This document shows positions 1 through 12,600 of a DNA stretch of 64,000 nucleotides, one piece after another. The notes below the pieces were generated by a model that had not been told where the DNA came from, made no database searches, and saw nothing but the letters and a program-made list of their open reading frames with translations. Origin of the DNA: Catajapyx aquilonaris (lineage: Eukaryota); NCBI GenBank assembly GCA_000934665.2, contig KZ538513.1, positions 1 through 64,000 on the forward strand, given 5' to 3'. The translations under genes and the position numbers were made by a program. Numbering within the stretch: the first letter of the stretch is position 1; every line of letters begins with the position of its first letter.

Positions 1-305
1 TACAAGAAGGGTTGAAAGTACCTCTAATTAAAAAATTATGCCGCTAAGCCATGTCCTTCATACCTAGGTAGATAACTTTTTGACCCTCCCTCGTATGTCT
101 TATGTTCATCCAAATATCCATGGAGTTTCACAGAAAGGTCTGCTGGATATCCATATCTCCAATGAAGCTCCATTGGATACTTGGATGAACATAGGACATA
201 CCCAGTACATCCAAATATCCATGGAGTCTTACAGAAGAAACGCACATCCAAGCGATGCCTCCTGGACATCGTTATGTACATAATCAAATTCTATGGCATC
301 CTTAC

Positions 306-1211
306 TCTGCTTTTGAGGTCGCCCCATTTGTCCTTGCATTCTGTCCCCGTACGTTGGTTTGTGGCCACAGAATTGACTCTATCTGCCACTAGTTTCCATG
401 CGTAACTGATGTCCGCTGATGACTGCAGATTCCCGGTGTTGCCGCCCTGCGCCAGCTCAGGACAACCCTCCAGATGCAACATGAGGGCCTCGCTCTCCGA
501 TTGACTCCAGTTCGGCCGACGGACTCTGGGAGCTGAGGTGCCAGCTGCTTTCTTGCCCTTCCCTTTCTTTTTGAAAGCCTCCATAGTCGCAGTTTCCTGT
601 GAAAAGTCTACAAAAATGTTAATAGTCAACAGAAGCTAACTCCAACCAAATTTGCTAACCTGGAGTTGACGTGTCCAGGACTGCAGAGGCCATGTCTGCA
701 GTTGTTGCTCTTGAAGCGGGCAGTCCCGCATTGTCTCCGGAAGGCGGCAAGGCGGCAGGTATTGCGAAAAAAGCAGGGGCAACAGCCGTGACATGTTCTG
801 GTGACGGCCCACCGCTGCATTTGGCCCACAGCCTCAGCCGATCACCCAATCGCTCCACACCCAGCGATACCAGCTGCTCTTCTTTAATCAGATGCAGAAT
901 ATCCGTCGTGATCTGCAACGGAAGCGCGACTATCACTAGACCGAGTCTGACCGCGTCGAATATATGCGAACTTACATTCTCAGCCGCAAACCGATCTTTC
1001 AGGTGGCCTAACCCCAACTCCACCAGAATACCCTCCATTTCCTGGAATTTAAATTAATTACCGGTACTTTCTCACGTCCAATTGTTATTTCACGAACCTC
1101 TAGTCGACCGGTATGAACCGCCTGTTCCTTCAGCTCCTCCAACGTTGACGTCTCTTGCTTCACCTGCTGACTGTTGATGTCTCCTTCAGTCTTCACAAAC
1201 ACTGCGGACAT
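306..1211 (-). CDS. SAM-like domain + Myb/SANT-like DNA-binding domain protein (3' end not resolved; probably continues past window start)
   Basis: Phase-consistent GT-AG exons 1211-1098, 1041-976, 912-660 and 607-306. They give MEGILVELGLGHLKDRFAAENITTDILHLIKEEQLVSLGVERLGDRLRL (SAM-like) and RRPNWSQSESEALM...AWKLVADRVNSV...RTGTECKDKWGDLK (Myb/SANT-like, Harbinger/MSANTD type). GTAAG donor at 305. Confidence 0.7.
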
Positions 1212-1712
1212 TGTTCTGCGGGAAGCACATAATGCAACATGCTGTACTGTACATGGCATTCATATAAATTATTATTGTAAGCAATCATACTCATCATATT
1301 GTAGACGACATGTTGTCCCACATTTCCTTTTTTGGTAATATCACAATTGCAGCCTCCCAAATGAAGACAATTATTCGAACAGAAAAGAAATATTGTCAGC
1401 CACAGAAGGACGCCATATTTGACAGGCGCGTTCGGATTCCTGCTCAACTGTCCACTAATCACAAGTTGGACACATTTAAGCTGGACATCTATTACGAACA
1501 TTACATTTTGAGTATTAAAATAGTTTATTATTATAATTGTAGTAAATACATTAAGTTATACATTAGCTGGACACACTGTAAGTAGGACATGTCATAAGTT
1601 GGACACCACATGTGTCATAAGTTGGACATCATGTGTCTAAAAATGTACATGAAGTTCATATGAACTAGTAATTGCAGGTGAGTCATACCCTCCTGGGGGC
1701 ATCAGCTGGTAC

Positions 1713-3227
1713 ATGGCCCTTCCTTTTCAGTATGCCGACGGTGCGATGAGCAAGCGGAAGTTGGTTGAGTTGTCGCTGGAGAAGAAGAAGGAGGTGCTGG
1801 ATCGCATCAGGGAAGGCCGCAGCTGCATGCGGCTGGCGGAGGAGTACGGCATATCCAAGACGACCGTGTACAACATAAAGAGCAACGAGGGTGCCATCAC
1901 AGCCGCATGGGAGCGCTCGCAGGCCTGCAGTCCCGAGAGGAAGAGGAAGGTGCGGAAGACCCCGCATGATGAGGTCAACTCCAAGCTGCTGGAGTATTAC
2001 CAGAGCTGTTGTGGGGAGAACGTGAGCGGGCGGATTCTGAAGGAGAAGGCGAAGCAGATCGCGGCCCAGCTGGGCTTCACGGAGTTCAGTGCCAGCAACG
2101 GTTGGTTGGATGGCTTCCGGAAGAGGTACAATATCAGCTTCAGGGTTCCCAGTGCTGCGGAGGACTGGAAGAAGAATCTTCCGGACATCACGGCCGGGTA
2201 CAACTCAAAAGACATATTCATCGCAGGTGCAACTGGGTTTTTCTTCCGTCAAGATCTGACTAATGCGGGAAATGACGCAAGCGAAGAAATGTTGAAAGAA
2301 TGCGTGACCGTGTTGTTTTGCTGTAGTGTACACGGCGAAAAGCAGAAGCCGCTTGTAATAAGCAAATCTGCTGTTCCATGCACTTTCGACCAAAACGATG
2401 TTAAAATGCACGATCTTACCGTAACCTGGAGGTTCAACGCAAGAGGACAGATGACCACCGAAATATTTGCTGAGTGGCTGCAGGGCGTAGATTGCAATAT
2501 GAAAGAGCAGAAGCGTAAGATCCTGCTGCTTGTGGACAACGATACTAGTCAAGGGTATGTCGAACTGTCAAACGTCGTCTTGAAGTTTTTACCTTCAAAT
2601 CTTACGAGGGAGGTTCAGCCTCTCGACCGAGGCATAATCCAGTCGGTTAAGCGTAAGTACCAGATACAATTGCTAAGGTCGCTCACAAGTGCCGTGGACC
2701 GTTTCAACAGTGTGAGTAACTTCATGAGAAGCATAACCGTGTTGGAAGCAGTTCGCTGGATAAGTACGGCCTGGGAGGATGTGTCTGAGGAAACAATCGG
2801 AAAGTGCTTCCACAGTGCTGGATTTATGAGAAGCGACGCAAATGGCTGCGATGAAGACTATGTCAAAAGTCTGGAGGAAGAACTTGGTGCGCTTCACGAG
2901 GAATATCTCCGCCAGCTGGCAAGTGCAAATGAGATTGTCAACCTTACGCCACTCATCCTCTGCGATGGTAATCCCGAGGAAATGCTGAAGCTGGAGGATT
3001 CAGAGAGTGACCCGTTAGAAGACGGGGACACCGAAACACCTGACGTCAAACCTCCTTCTCATCAGGATGCCCTGGAGTACATCAAAAAGCTACAACATTA
3101 CGCTTCGGTACATCAACCAACCATTATCAAAGAGATTTATGCCGCCCGACAGAAAATTGAGAAATCTGTAATGAAAGAGAGAGCGGAAAGTTTGAAACAA
3201 TCAGTTGTGTCCGAGTTCTTCACCTAA
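1713..3227 (+). CDS. Tigger transposable element-derived (TIGD/CENP-B-like) protein: HTH_psq + CENP-B HTH + DDE_1
   Basis: Intronless 504-aa ORF: KRKLVELSLEKKKEVL...YGISKTTV (psq HTH), FSASNGWLDGFRKRYNI (CENP-B HTH), KQKPLVI, LLLVDN, FLPSNLTREVQPLDRGII. The true start is probably ATG 1746, after a GT-AG 5'UTR intron at 1678-1730. AATAAA near 3279. Confidence 0.9.
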   Translation: MALPFQYADGAMSKRKLVELSLEKKKEVLDRIREGRSCMRLAEEYGISKTTVYNIKSNEGAITAAWERSQACSPERKRKVRKTPHDEVNSKLLEYYQSCCGENVSGRILKEKAKQIAAQLGFTEFSASNGWLDGFRKRYNISFRVPSAAEDWKKNLPDITAGYNSKDIFIAGATGFFFRQDLTNAGNDASEEMLKECVTVLFCCSVHGEKQKPLVISKSAVPCTFDQNDVKMHDLTVTWRFNARGQMTTEIFAEWLQGVDCNMKEQKRKILLLVDNDTSQGYVELSNVVLKFLPSNLTREVQPLDRGIIQSVKRKYQIQLLRSLTSAVDRFNSVSNFMRSITVLEAVRWISTAWEDVSEETIGKCFHSAGFMRSDANGCDEDYVKSLEEELGALHEEYLRQLASANEIVNLTPLILCDGNPEEMLKLEDSESDPLEDGDTETPDVKPPSHQDALEYIKKLQHYASVHQPTIIKEIYAARQKIEKSVMKERAESLKQSVVSEFFT

Positions 3228-3403
3228 AAGAAGGGAAATTTACAATCATTGTTGGTACGCCGATGGTGATAAAATTTAAATAAAATTGCATATGTTTAAT
3301 GAACGTCGCCTTGTGCTTTCTCAGGCATGCCACACAAACATCATTTTTATTGTACGTATTACAGGCATATTCTTTCTACGTATGCCGTCTCTGCACCTTT
3401 CTA

Positions 3404-6237
3404 TCACCATATAGAGAAATCTCCGCCTTCAGGTAGGGCAGTGATGTGACTGTAATTTTCATCAAAGTGTTCGTGCTGAGGATTCTCATTAATGTCTATG
3501 GCGGAATGGAAGGTAGCGGAATCCTGTGACGCACTTCTATCGACAACATCCTGAAAATGCATAATAATGAGTAATATAATTTAAGACAACTGCACCATAA
3601 GGTACCTTGTAACTTGTATGGCTCAGACTTTCCGGATCTTCATCACTGGTGCATGGCTCTGGAGGAAAGGAATTTTCTTGTCTTGCATCTCTGAAGGATC
3701 CCGATGTTCGAGGGGAACTAGCGGCAAGAGCAGCGGCTGGAATATGCTTCGCTGACACTGCGGATGACCTCTTTCGGAATGTCGGTGATCCCCAATCATC
3801 AGGAGCTGGAGGGATCTGGAGTGGCGATTCGGTGTTTTGGTTCTGGTCGCCAACACTTGAGCCTCGGGAGGAGGATCTGGAGCGCCTTCCTGTACCACTC
3901 CCGCTCCAGCTGGTGCGTACGGACGTGTCTGTCATATCCGAATCCTGACTAGAAGACACGTCACTTGTGGAGCTCATCGGGGACCCGTGATGTGACGTGT
4001 AGCCTGAACTAGTACTGTTGCGTTGAGGGAATGAAACATGCCTCTCCTAGGAATGGAAGGAGGCAGCATGCATGGTAAGTTAAGCGATTTGATGTAACGC
4101 TTTATTTATTGAGTACTAGACTCCATGTAATGAAATATTACAGACTGGTGAAAAGGCTACTGTCTCCAACCATTGTACCTAATGACTCACTCTATCTTCG
4201 GGATAGCTATGTCTCCTTCTGGTGGTAGCGGTGGCTCCTGTTGCAGGCGGAAATGGTATTGGATCGTTGCTCCTGAACCCTTTGTTCATGTCGTACCAAG
4301 AGTTGTGAAGGTAGCCTCTTTGGTTATCATGGGCGTACCCATCGTTCTCCTCATGAGGCAATATTGCAATTAGTCGAGCCGGGGGAGACCTGGGATTGTC
4401 CATGTAGGAGTTGCACGCATCATTACCGCAGTCACACTTTGGGTCGTGCCTATTTCCATAGCCCATCCGGTCCTCGTCCCACGTCTCCTCCTGCGAAGAA
4501 GTTTAATTTTGGGTGAGACTTTCTCAATGTGAATCATCTGTCATGATATTTATACCTTGTAGTTACATGGCTGCAGCCTGTATCTACTTTTAGAGTCTCG
4601 TTCATCTTCCATGACGCGAGAGTAGGTCTCCTCCTCCTCGTTGATCTCATTATCTTCGTTAATTCCAGGCTCAGTCGTCCGCACCACTTTGTACAAATAG
4701 GTCTCCACCGTGGGGACATCCACTGATTTGGGTACCTTCCGTTCACCTGTGCGACGGAAAGTGCAGCCCTTCCTCGGATCGGTATGTGGCACTGCGACTC
4801 TGCCATCATTTCTGTAAGGGACGAGACATATCAAAGTAAGCACATCTCTTTGCCGTAAGAGCATGTAATTAAAATAATGATGAACTTACTTTAATTTTTC
4901 CTGCCTGTCCATTGATCCATAGCTCATTCTAGTAATTCCAGATCCTGAAGCTTCCCATAAGGATGCATAGCAGACTATAATTGAGAGATGAATTATGTAC
5001 TTTAATTACTTATGCAAAATTCTTACCCAAACTGTGTCACTCACTCTGACAGTAAATGTCATCGTTCACATGTAGCATCGCAGCAGGCGACATCGACACA
5101 CCTGGAAAATTATTATTATAATTGCAACAATTAAACAAGAAAATGTCTTGATAGAAAATCGTAGAAGTGCTAAGTTAAATTAACTGCAGTAATCATACTT
5201 ACTGATATGTAACTAAATACGCTTGTAGGAAAAGTAAGAAGCGAATAACTCACCACACTTGACACACCTATCTTCAAACACATTCTTCCTAGCTTTATTG
5301 TCACAGTGACATGCTGACTTCTGTGGCTCAGCGTATGTCGCAGGAGGTTCATCATACCCTCCTCTGGAACGGGCAAAGTTGGAACTTCTGTAAGCTGCCG
5401 GAGATGCAACAGAGTCCGACCTGGCCGTCACATAGCAGGAATTGCGATGGCCGTAAGATCCGGAAGGTTCGGCATACTCCGAGCTGCCACTCATCAATCT
5501 GGATTGGCGACTGCCTTGATAAGGTGAGCCAATAAAGTCCTGATATCTACTGTTGGGATTCCCATTGCCATAAGGTGACACCGACTGTCGTCTGCTGCCT
5601 TCAACAGGGTGCGAATTGTGACCCCAGCAGTTGCCGTTGTGGGACCTCACCAGGGATTGCACCGGAGTCTTGCTCTCACTTTGAAATGGCAATGCCGGTG
5701 GTGAAGCGTGCGATTGATCCAAATCCTGCATGGTATGGCTCGGTTATTTTATTACCTCCAATTAATAATTTTTCACATGTACCTTCCCCGAACGTGGCGA
5801 GTCTGGGAAGGAAATATTTCCCTGTCCGTAACCCTTCGGCGCCACGGTTCGGGCATAGCAGTGCTGGCACATGAGCTGCAGTTGGAGCCTACGTTCAACC
5901 AGTGAGCGGCTGTTCAGAGGCCTTCCGCACATCTCTGTCACAATAATAATTAGCAATTAATTAGCACTCACTGCCTTTTTAAGAGTACCATGCCGGCAAT
6001 AATTAGCATTAATCTAACGGTACGGTATGGTATGGTACGGAATGGTAGGACCACAAATAATTCTGGTAATGAATGATGCTTCTACAACTAATTAGGCATT
6101 GTTCTCTAATGTTTTTTAAAGATGTTTCTACACAGATTACCACATTTGAAGCAGCGGAGGTGGTAAGCCTGTCCCATGCAGACCGTCTGCTCTGCGTGGA
6201 ACACCGGTTTGCTGCACCGAGGACATATTGGAGCCAT
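3404..6237 (-). CDS. CRP/MLP-type LIM domain protein with long Ser/Arg/Pro-rich extension and a second isolated C4 finger
   Basis: Phase-consistent exons 6237-6141, 5934-5783, 5725-5254, 5101-5045, ~4974-4890, 4811-4556, 4490-4191, 4046-3606 and 3550-3404. N-terminus MAPICPRCSKPVFHAEQTVCMGQAYHLRCFKCEMCGRPLNSRSLVERRLQLQLMCQHCYARTVAPKGYGQG is a full LIM domain plus the CRP-type PKGYG motif. Confidence 0.8.
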
Positions 6238-6655
6238 CCTCCCAATAAATCAGGACCACACTTAAATTTCGACATCAAAAAGGGCCGTCGATGGCCACAA
6301 AACGAACGCCCCAAAAAAATAAACTTGCGAAAAATTTTGTTCCGAAAATTGAACTGGCCGCCAGCAGTGTTGCCAGATCAGCCGTGTCGGCCATGTTGGA
6401 GCTCCTGTCCTCTGATTGGCTGCGACCTCCAATATGTCTTCCCCGCATGGCTTCCACAGGTTCTTGGCTCTCCCTGCCGTTGAAGTCTCTTCTGCGGAAG
6501 GGGGGCGGATGGGGGGTGGGCACCAAGAAGGAATGTTCTAAGATGGCCCCTTGAGCAGCAGCGCAAGAGGAAGAAGAAGGGCAGGTGGTGGGCTCCTGTG
6601 ATGGTGTGTCGTGGAGTGCGTGCAGCCAAGGAGGACACATGACAGAGGGAGGAGG
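6238..6655. promoter_or_regulatory. Probable bidirectional promoter between the LIM gene and TTC28
   Basis: Head-to-head ATGs about 420 bp apart (6237 and 6656), with CCAAT motifs on both strands (ATTGG ~6415, CCAAT ~6429). Confidence 0.5.
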
Positions 6656-9600
6656 ATGTCGCAGAGAGACGTGGCAGAGGTAGGAGGAACACATCATGCC
6701 AGGCTGGCACACTGTCATCATTGTATTAACACTGTTGGATGGGGGGGAGGGGAAACACTCTCATGGAAACATGGTACCGGATAATGAGACGTTACCTGCA
6801 CATGACCATTAGGGGGGAAAAAAATCAGGAACCTTGTCAGGTACTCGCTTGTGACATTGCTCGGGTGCACGTTGAAGATCCCCAGAGTGGCTGGCGTCGG
6901 CGTTGAGCCTCGCAGCAGAAATAGGCCGACGTTAAGCCCCCGCTAAAGCGTCTAAGACCTTTTTACACCGAAGCAGTGGTAGCGGAGGGGATATGGTATC
7001 CGACTGCTAATCGGGAGGTCCTGGGTTCGAACCCCGGGGGCCGCCGACCCTGACCGTGGTTTTCCATGGTCCCACCAGGACAATTCCGGGGTCGTGTCCG
7101 TAATTATACGCCACAGCCTCTTCCGTCCCTATCCCATCCCCAATAAGGAAAAAGTAAAAATGCAAGAAAGAGTTCCAGACAGAAAAAATATATGGTGGTA
7201 TCCCACCCCCCTAAGAGAGCCCATGGCTCTAGCACGGGGTACAAATTATTATCATTCATCTTTTTACATCAAATAATTAATTGACATTATTTTAACTTAT
7301 TCATTACAATATTCACTGGTATCTAGAATTTATTCACTTTAATGGTAGGCCTAATTGGTTCCAAGTGCCCCCACCCAGTGAAGCCTGCAAATATTAACCC
7401 TGTACAGTATAATATTTTGTCACATAATAAGTTTAACTTATGCACATTAAGATATCAACAAAAGCAATTATTTCATTATTTTATTATTTATTTTGTTTAC
7501 TCCGTGCGGGATCTATAGGGGGGTGGCACACCAGCATCAGTTTTCTATATATTTTTTCAGCCTCTTTTTCCAGTGCAGGGAAACAGGGACATTGGGAAAG
7601 GATAGGGATTGTTGGGGAGGGGGCACTTGTGCAGGTGCAATGTCTCAAGTTTGGGCCATGTGCAGTCCCACAGGAGGTTAGGTTGCCAGACACCTCCTTG
7701 ATACCTAGGTCAGAGACCCTCCCGACGCAGGCGAAAGGAAGTTCCCCAGGCGTGGATCGAACCTGGGACCTTTCGCTCAGGAAGCCGAGACGTTACCATC
7801 TCGGCCACCACACCTCCCCCAACAAAAGCTATTAACAAATAGGATGGTAATAATACAGTCATGTACTGTAATAACAACATCGGTTGGATTTTTTTTTTAC
7901 TTTTATCTGTTAATGTAATTATTTAATATTTTCAAATTGTGGATAACTGGGGGATAAATGTATTTTGTAAACCTATCAATCGGAAAGATTGGAACAGAAA
8001 GAAAAGCTAAAAATTTGTGCAATTTTGTCGGATTTTTGTTTTCTTTTTCTGGAAGATATGGACACAGGAACTATTTATCGACACAAAAAATGCTGCCCAT
8101 CCTTTATTTCTAGCCATAAATTTTTATTATAATAGGGACAGAAGCGTAATGAGCGGTAATAAAGGAAGTACTGCACACAAGGCGCCATATAATGTGAATG
8201 TCATGTTCACAATGGTGGGCGATGGGAAAATTTACAATTCGTTGAACTTTGAAAAATACAACCGCCACAAAAGAAATGTAGTACTCTGTCAGTACTCCGA
8301 TCCTAATTAGGCATGATTTGCAACAGGTGGTTACAATGGATATGGCGACTGACTGACGTTACACTCAAAATTTCTTCCCCACTGCGTTTTTTTAAGTTCA
8401 AATTAATTGAAAAATAATGCTACAGGTATCATACTAATACTTTTCAGAAATTTTTGGCCTGCTTGTTGAATATGAATTTTTTTGGAACAAAGTTAATTGA
8501 AAAATAATGCTACTACGGGTATCATACTAATATCTTTCAGAATATTTTGGGACCTCTCGTTGAATATGCAGGTGGCCCATTTTTAAGTGGATGGTTACCG
8601 GGTGTGCATGAAACAGATGGCCAACGTCTTGGAGAATGGGGGAAGAGGTGTTGTGTGTGGAATCAACACAGAGCCTTCAGGTTTCTTTTTTTTTATATAT
8701 ATCTATATAAAATGCCCCCCCCCCCCCTTTTTTTTTTCTTCCCATGGCTGCCGTGATTATCAAAAAGGGAGGGATGTAGCCCCGCCCACAAAACTCCCTG
8801 AACACTGGCAGGAATGCAGTTGGGCCCGCTACAAATTGCTTGCCGCATGACTCGTGGCCTTTCCGGGGGCCAAACCCCCTTCGTATCCATCCTTCTCCTC
8901 ATCACTACCAAAAACTACATGGATTAGTTATTTTTAGTTATATTGTTATGACCTGAGCGCAATGATATCAGCCGCATTCGTCCGCATTGAATATGCTGGA
9001 CATGACACCGCAACTAATATAATATCATCAGTTGTTTCACTGGGTAAAATATATATTTTAAAAAACTATTAAAATAGTGATATAAAATAGCCTTCATGTT
9101 TAAAACAGGTTTTTCCAGTTGGAAATTGAATAGTGTGACACTATTGTCTTTTATATCCCTGCAGCCAGATTGTTTCAAAGCTAATGGCCCAGCACCGGTG
9201 TAAAACCTGGTGCCTGGAAGCAACCGACAAGTCACAATAACTTTTCTCTCTCGATCTCCAATTTTTTTTTTTTTTTGGGATGAACTGAAAAAAAAAAGGG
9301 CGACCACCCAACCTTCCCAAAAATTTGTCTCCACCTGCCCTGAAGCTATACTTCGGCTCCTCACCTGGTGAAACCATCCATAAACAACACACACACAAAA
9401 AAAACGAAGAAAGGTAGGAAGGGTGAGAATATAGTTTGAAGGAAGGAAGATAGATAAAAAAAAAGGTTGGGGGGACAGAGGGAGGGGGAGACATGGGGCT
9501 TGTTATTTGTCTCTAGCTCCCCCACCGATTACACCCTTCTTGATGAGTGCAAATTGCAGTGGGGAGCAAAGCCTGAGCTTGATGAAGGATCCGCCCTTTT

Positions 9601-12600
9601 TGGGACGAAAAATAGAAAAGAAAAAAAAAAATGGTAGGGAGAGAGGAAATTGGAGGAACCACGTTGGTTAATGATGGGACACTCGCCGACAACCATGGCT
9701 AAAGAATGTGATTTTTTTTTTTCTTCAGCTTTTAAGGGTTGGGATTTTTTTTTACATTTGAAGGTGAAGGCCATTGTGTCTGTTGCTGCTTTAACGGTGA
9801 AACCTTGGATGCAAATGAGCCCTAAAGGAAAACTTAAATTTGATAATAATTTGGATATGTTAATCGTTAATGATTAGTAAGTGTCCGAGTTGAACCGGAC
9901 ACTTACAAACAAAAACTAAATAACGATCGACATATGCAAATGAGGCTAAGGGAAATATTTTGGATACGCTAATCGTTAATTATTTCTGGGCGTCAGATGA
10001 ACCGGACACATTTCACGAATTATTTCAGTGTTATAATGGACCTTGCAGAATAATAGTTCAAGGACAGGATTTGCAATGCATTTCTGTTGCATATAATGAA
10101 GAAACTTGTTTCAGTGCAGAAAATTTTTATGGACCAATTGCGAACAGGTTTTTAGTATGACAGCGGATGCACTGCATATTGTCACAGTTGTGACATTTGC
10201 AGTGCGTATTAAAACTTATATTAAAATGCGGATGAGCCAATAATGCAAAAGTCCAGTGAAGCATTTCAGACTATTTCCTGAATCAGCGGCATGTAAGACA
10301 TCGGTGTGCCAAGTTTCAGCACTCTCAGTAGTCCGTAAGTGGGTTAGGCAGCCTGGACAAACATCGATACATACCAACAAACTTTTCATTTTATAAGTAT
10401 AGAAATTGCAAATTGTTCCGTCACTAATTTTTTTGCAGATCAAGATTTTGAAGCACGTTGGTTATAGTCGAACCAAACATGATTTAAAGTTATGTAACTA
10501 TTGAGGCCATTGCATGTGGGCATAAGCGAAGTGTTTGAATTCTTAAACCTGCACTACTAGTTGGGTACGAGCGGGGGGAAAAAAAAGAAGCCATAAATGG
10601 AATGTTGCCCTTGATTGACGTCACTATTAGCCTACCAGCAGTAGTTGATAAAACGAGGGAAATGTTAACATTGACAACATTGCACACAATGTCCATTTTT
10701 CAAATGTGGCCGCTCCTTCCCAATTCACCTTTTAGTTTTTTTTTTTAAAAGGTTTCCTTAAATGGTTGCCGTTGCTTCTAATTCATCAATCCTGCCTTAC
10801 CTGTTTGACCCTCAGCCCTTTTTATCTTACCATTCTTTTCCACTACTTTCAGCATTTTTCTCTTCGTCACCTGTCAAACCCACAAAATGATCTATGGTTC
10901 TGGTGTCACATTCTTCTGGGCTTTTATCAGCCACCTTTTTCCCCCTCATGTTTTTGGGGGTGAGGGAAAAAAGCCGAAGGGGTCATATGCGAAGGCATTT
11001 CAGTTTTGGTTTTTGGGGTGGCAAACCTGACTTTTTAACTGCCAAGTGCGCTACCACGTAAAAAACAAAAAAAAAGTACTTGGAAAACGTGCAGTTGGGC
11101 GGTGAATATTTTCCATGGAATGCGTTACAAAAAGAAGACAGGCCACGTTGTTTTTTTTCCCTGCTATGCCTAGATATCATATCTCAAGTTTGCAAACAGA
11201 ACTGCATTGTTTTACAAGGCAGTTAAAAGGTATAATACTAATTAATGACAAGATTTTTTTTCCAGTTTCCACGAATGTTCGGTTTAATTACAATGTTGCT
11301 GTGGATTGTGGATTTTACGACCTGAGAAACACTGCCGACATGTGCAGTGTTACGTTTGATCAGTGAGGGTTAACCACTTCATTATAGAAGGTTAATTTTG
11401 TATTCATGACATTTTATTGCCTTAAAATACTGTGTGTAATGGGAGCGCAGGCGGAATAATAAGAAAAAAGAACAGAGGAAATTATTCTGAACCGAGAAAA
11501 TTATTTGACAATGTGTGACGTGCCTGGTTGCTCCCTATATTTACATCTCATTGTCACACAGTTAGCTTAATTTTCCTATTCCATTTTTTTCTAACTGCTG
11601 CTCTGCCAAGTAATAAAGCAATTTCTGAAATAATAGGTGTGCTTGAAAATAAGTTTTTTTTTTCAAACGTTGCACTCCATGGAATGAAATGGAGACGCAT
11701 CTACGCTCGTGAAAGATTTTTGTGCTGCTTTTTATGGCCGCAGTTTCCACCTGCCCCATGCAGAATATTATCCACGCTCCGGTACACATACCACTGATAA
11801 CACGCCTGTCAACCTTGCTTAGATCAGACTTTAACTGATGTTCCAAAAGTGTTTGGGACCTAACTGTAAAGACTTCACGCGACTTAAAAACACAAAAACT
11901 GTACCGCTAAATTAATTTTTACCTGTTAAGGTCACACATTCTCAGTTCAGTGTGAGAGTGAAGCTTTATAACATTGCCTTCGTCACTTCTACGAGAAAGA
12001 GAATTAGGATTGCATGTAGTCTCAGTATGATATTAAAAATAACGGATTGAAGTAATGATGAACAGTACATTTTTATAACAATTGAAAAGTTTATTGAGTG
12101 TGTGATTATCAATATTTTCCTCATTGTATTAGGGAATAATATGGGCAAAATAATCACAAGTTGTACAGTGTTGGACATTAATCGCATCATACTGCTAGCG
12201 ACAGAAGCGGCAGAAGAACGAATCTTGCTCGCACGACTTGCACTATCGATATCTTCGATTAATTCTTCTGCCACTTCGGAAAATGTCGCGAGCAGTATGA
12301 CGCGATTAATGTCCAACACTGTACACCTTCTAATTACATCATCAATTTTTTTAAAGCAGGAATAGTGTAATGTTGATTGTTTGAAAGTATTTTATGCATC
12401 CTTCATGAGGTACTTTCTGTGAAATAACTGCTGGAGATGCAAATGTCTAGTAGCACTTAAATGATTTTTATAGGTGGAGGTGGAGGCTGAGGCTTCCCTC
12501 TCAGCCGCAAGTCAGGCCGTCTTCCTGGAGAAGGTTCGACAATCGAATTCCGCCTGCCAGAGTGGAGACTTTGCCACTGCCGTCAGCCTGTACACGGAGG

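Noticed and set aside
5676..5870. ORF MPALLCPNRG as the start of the minus-strand gene
   Set aside because: Wrong frame; the overlapping frame encodes the LIM finger and splices consistently.
6968..7040. tRNA gene
   Set aside because: The tRNA-like head continues into a body and tail shared with dispersed copies, so it is a SINE; no convincing cloverleaf.
8390..8560. Short local duplications (also 100-270 and 9820-10010) and an AT-rich hairpin at 61590-61665
   Set aside because: Ordinary degenerate duplications or repeat debris with no further supporting structure.
11966..12365. Overlapping antisense ORFs with similar peptides (also 46942-47603 and 28667-29141)
   Set aside because: By-products of MITE inverted repeats.
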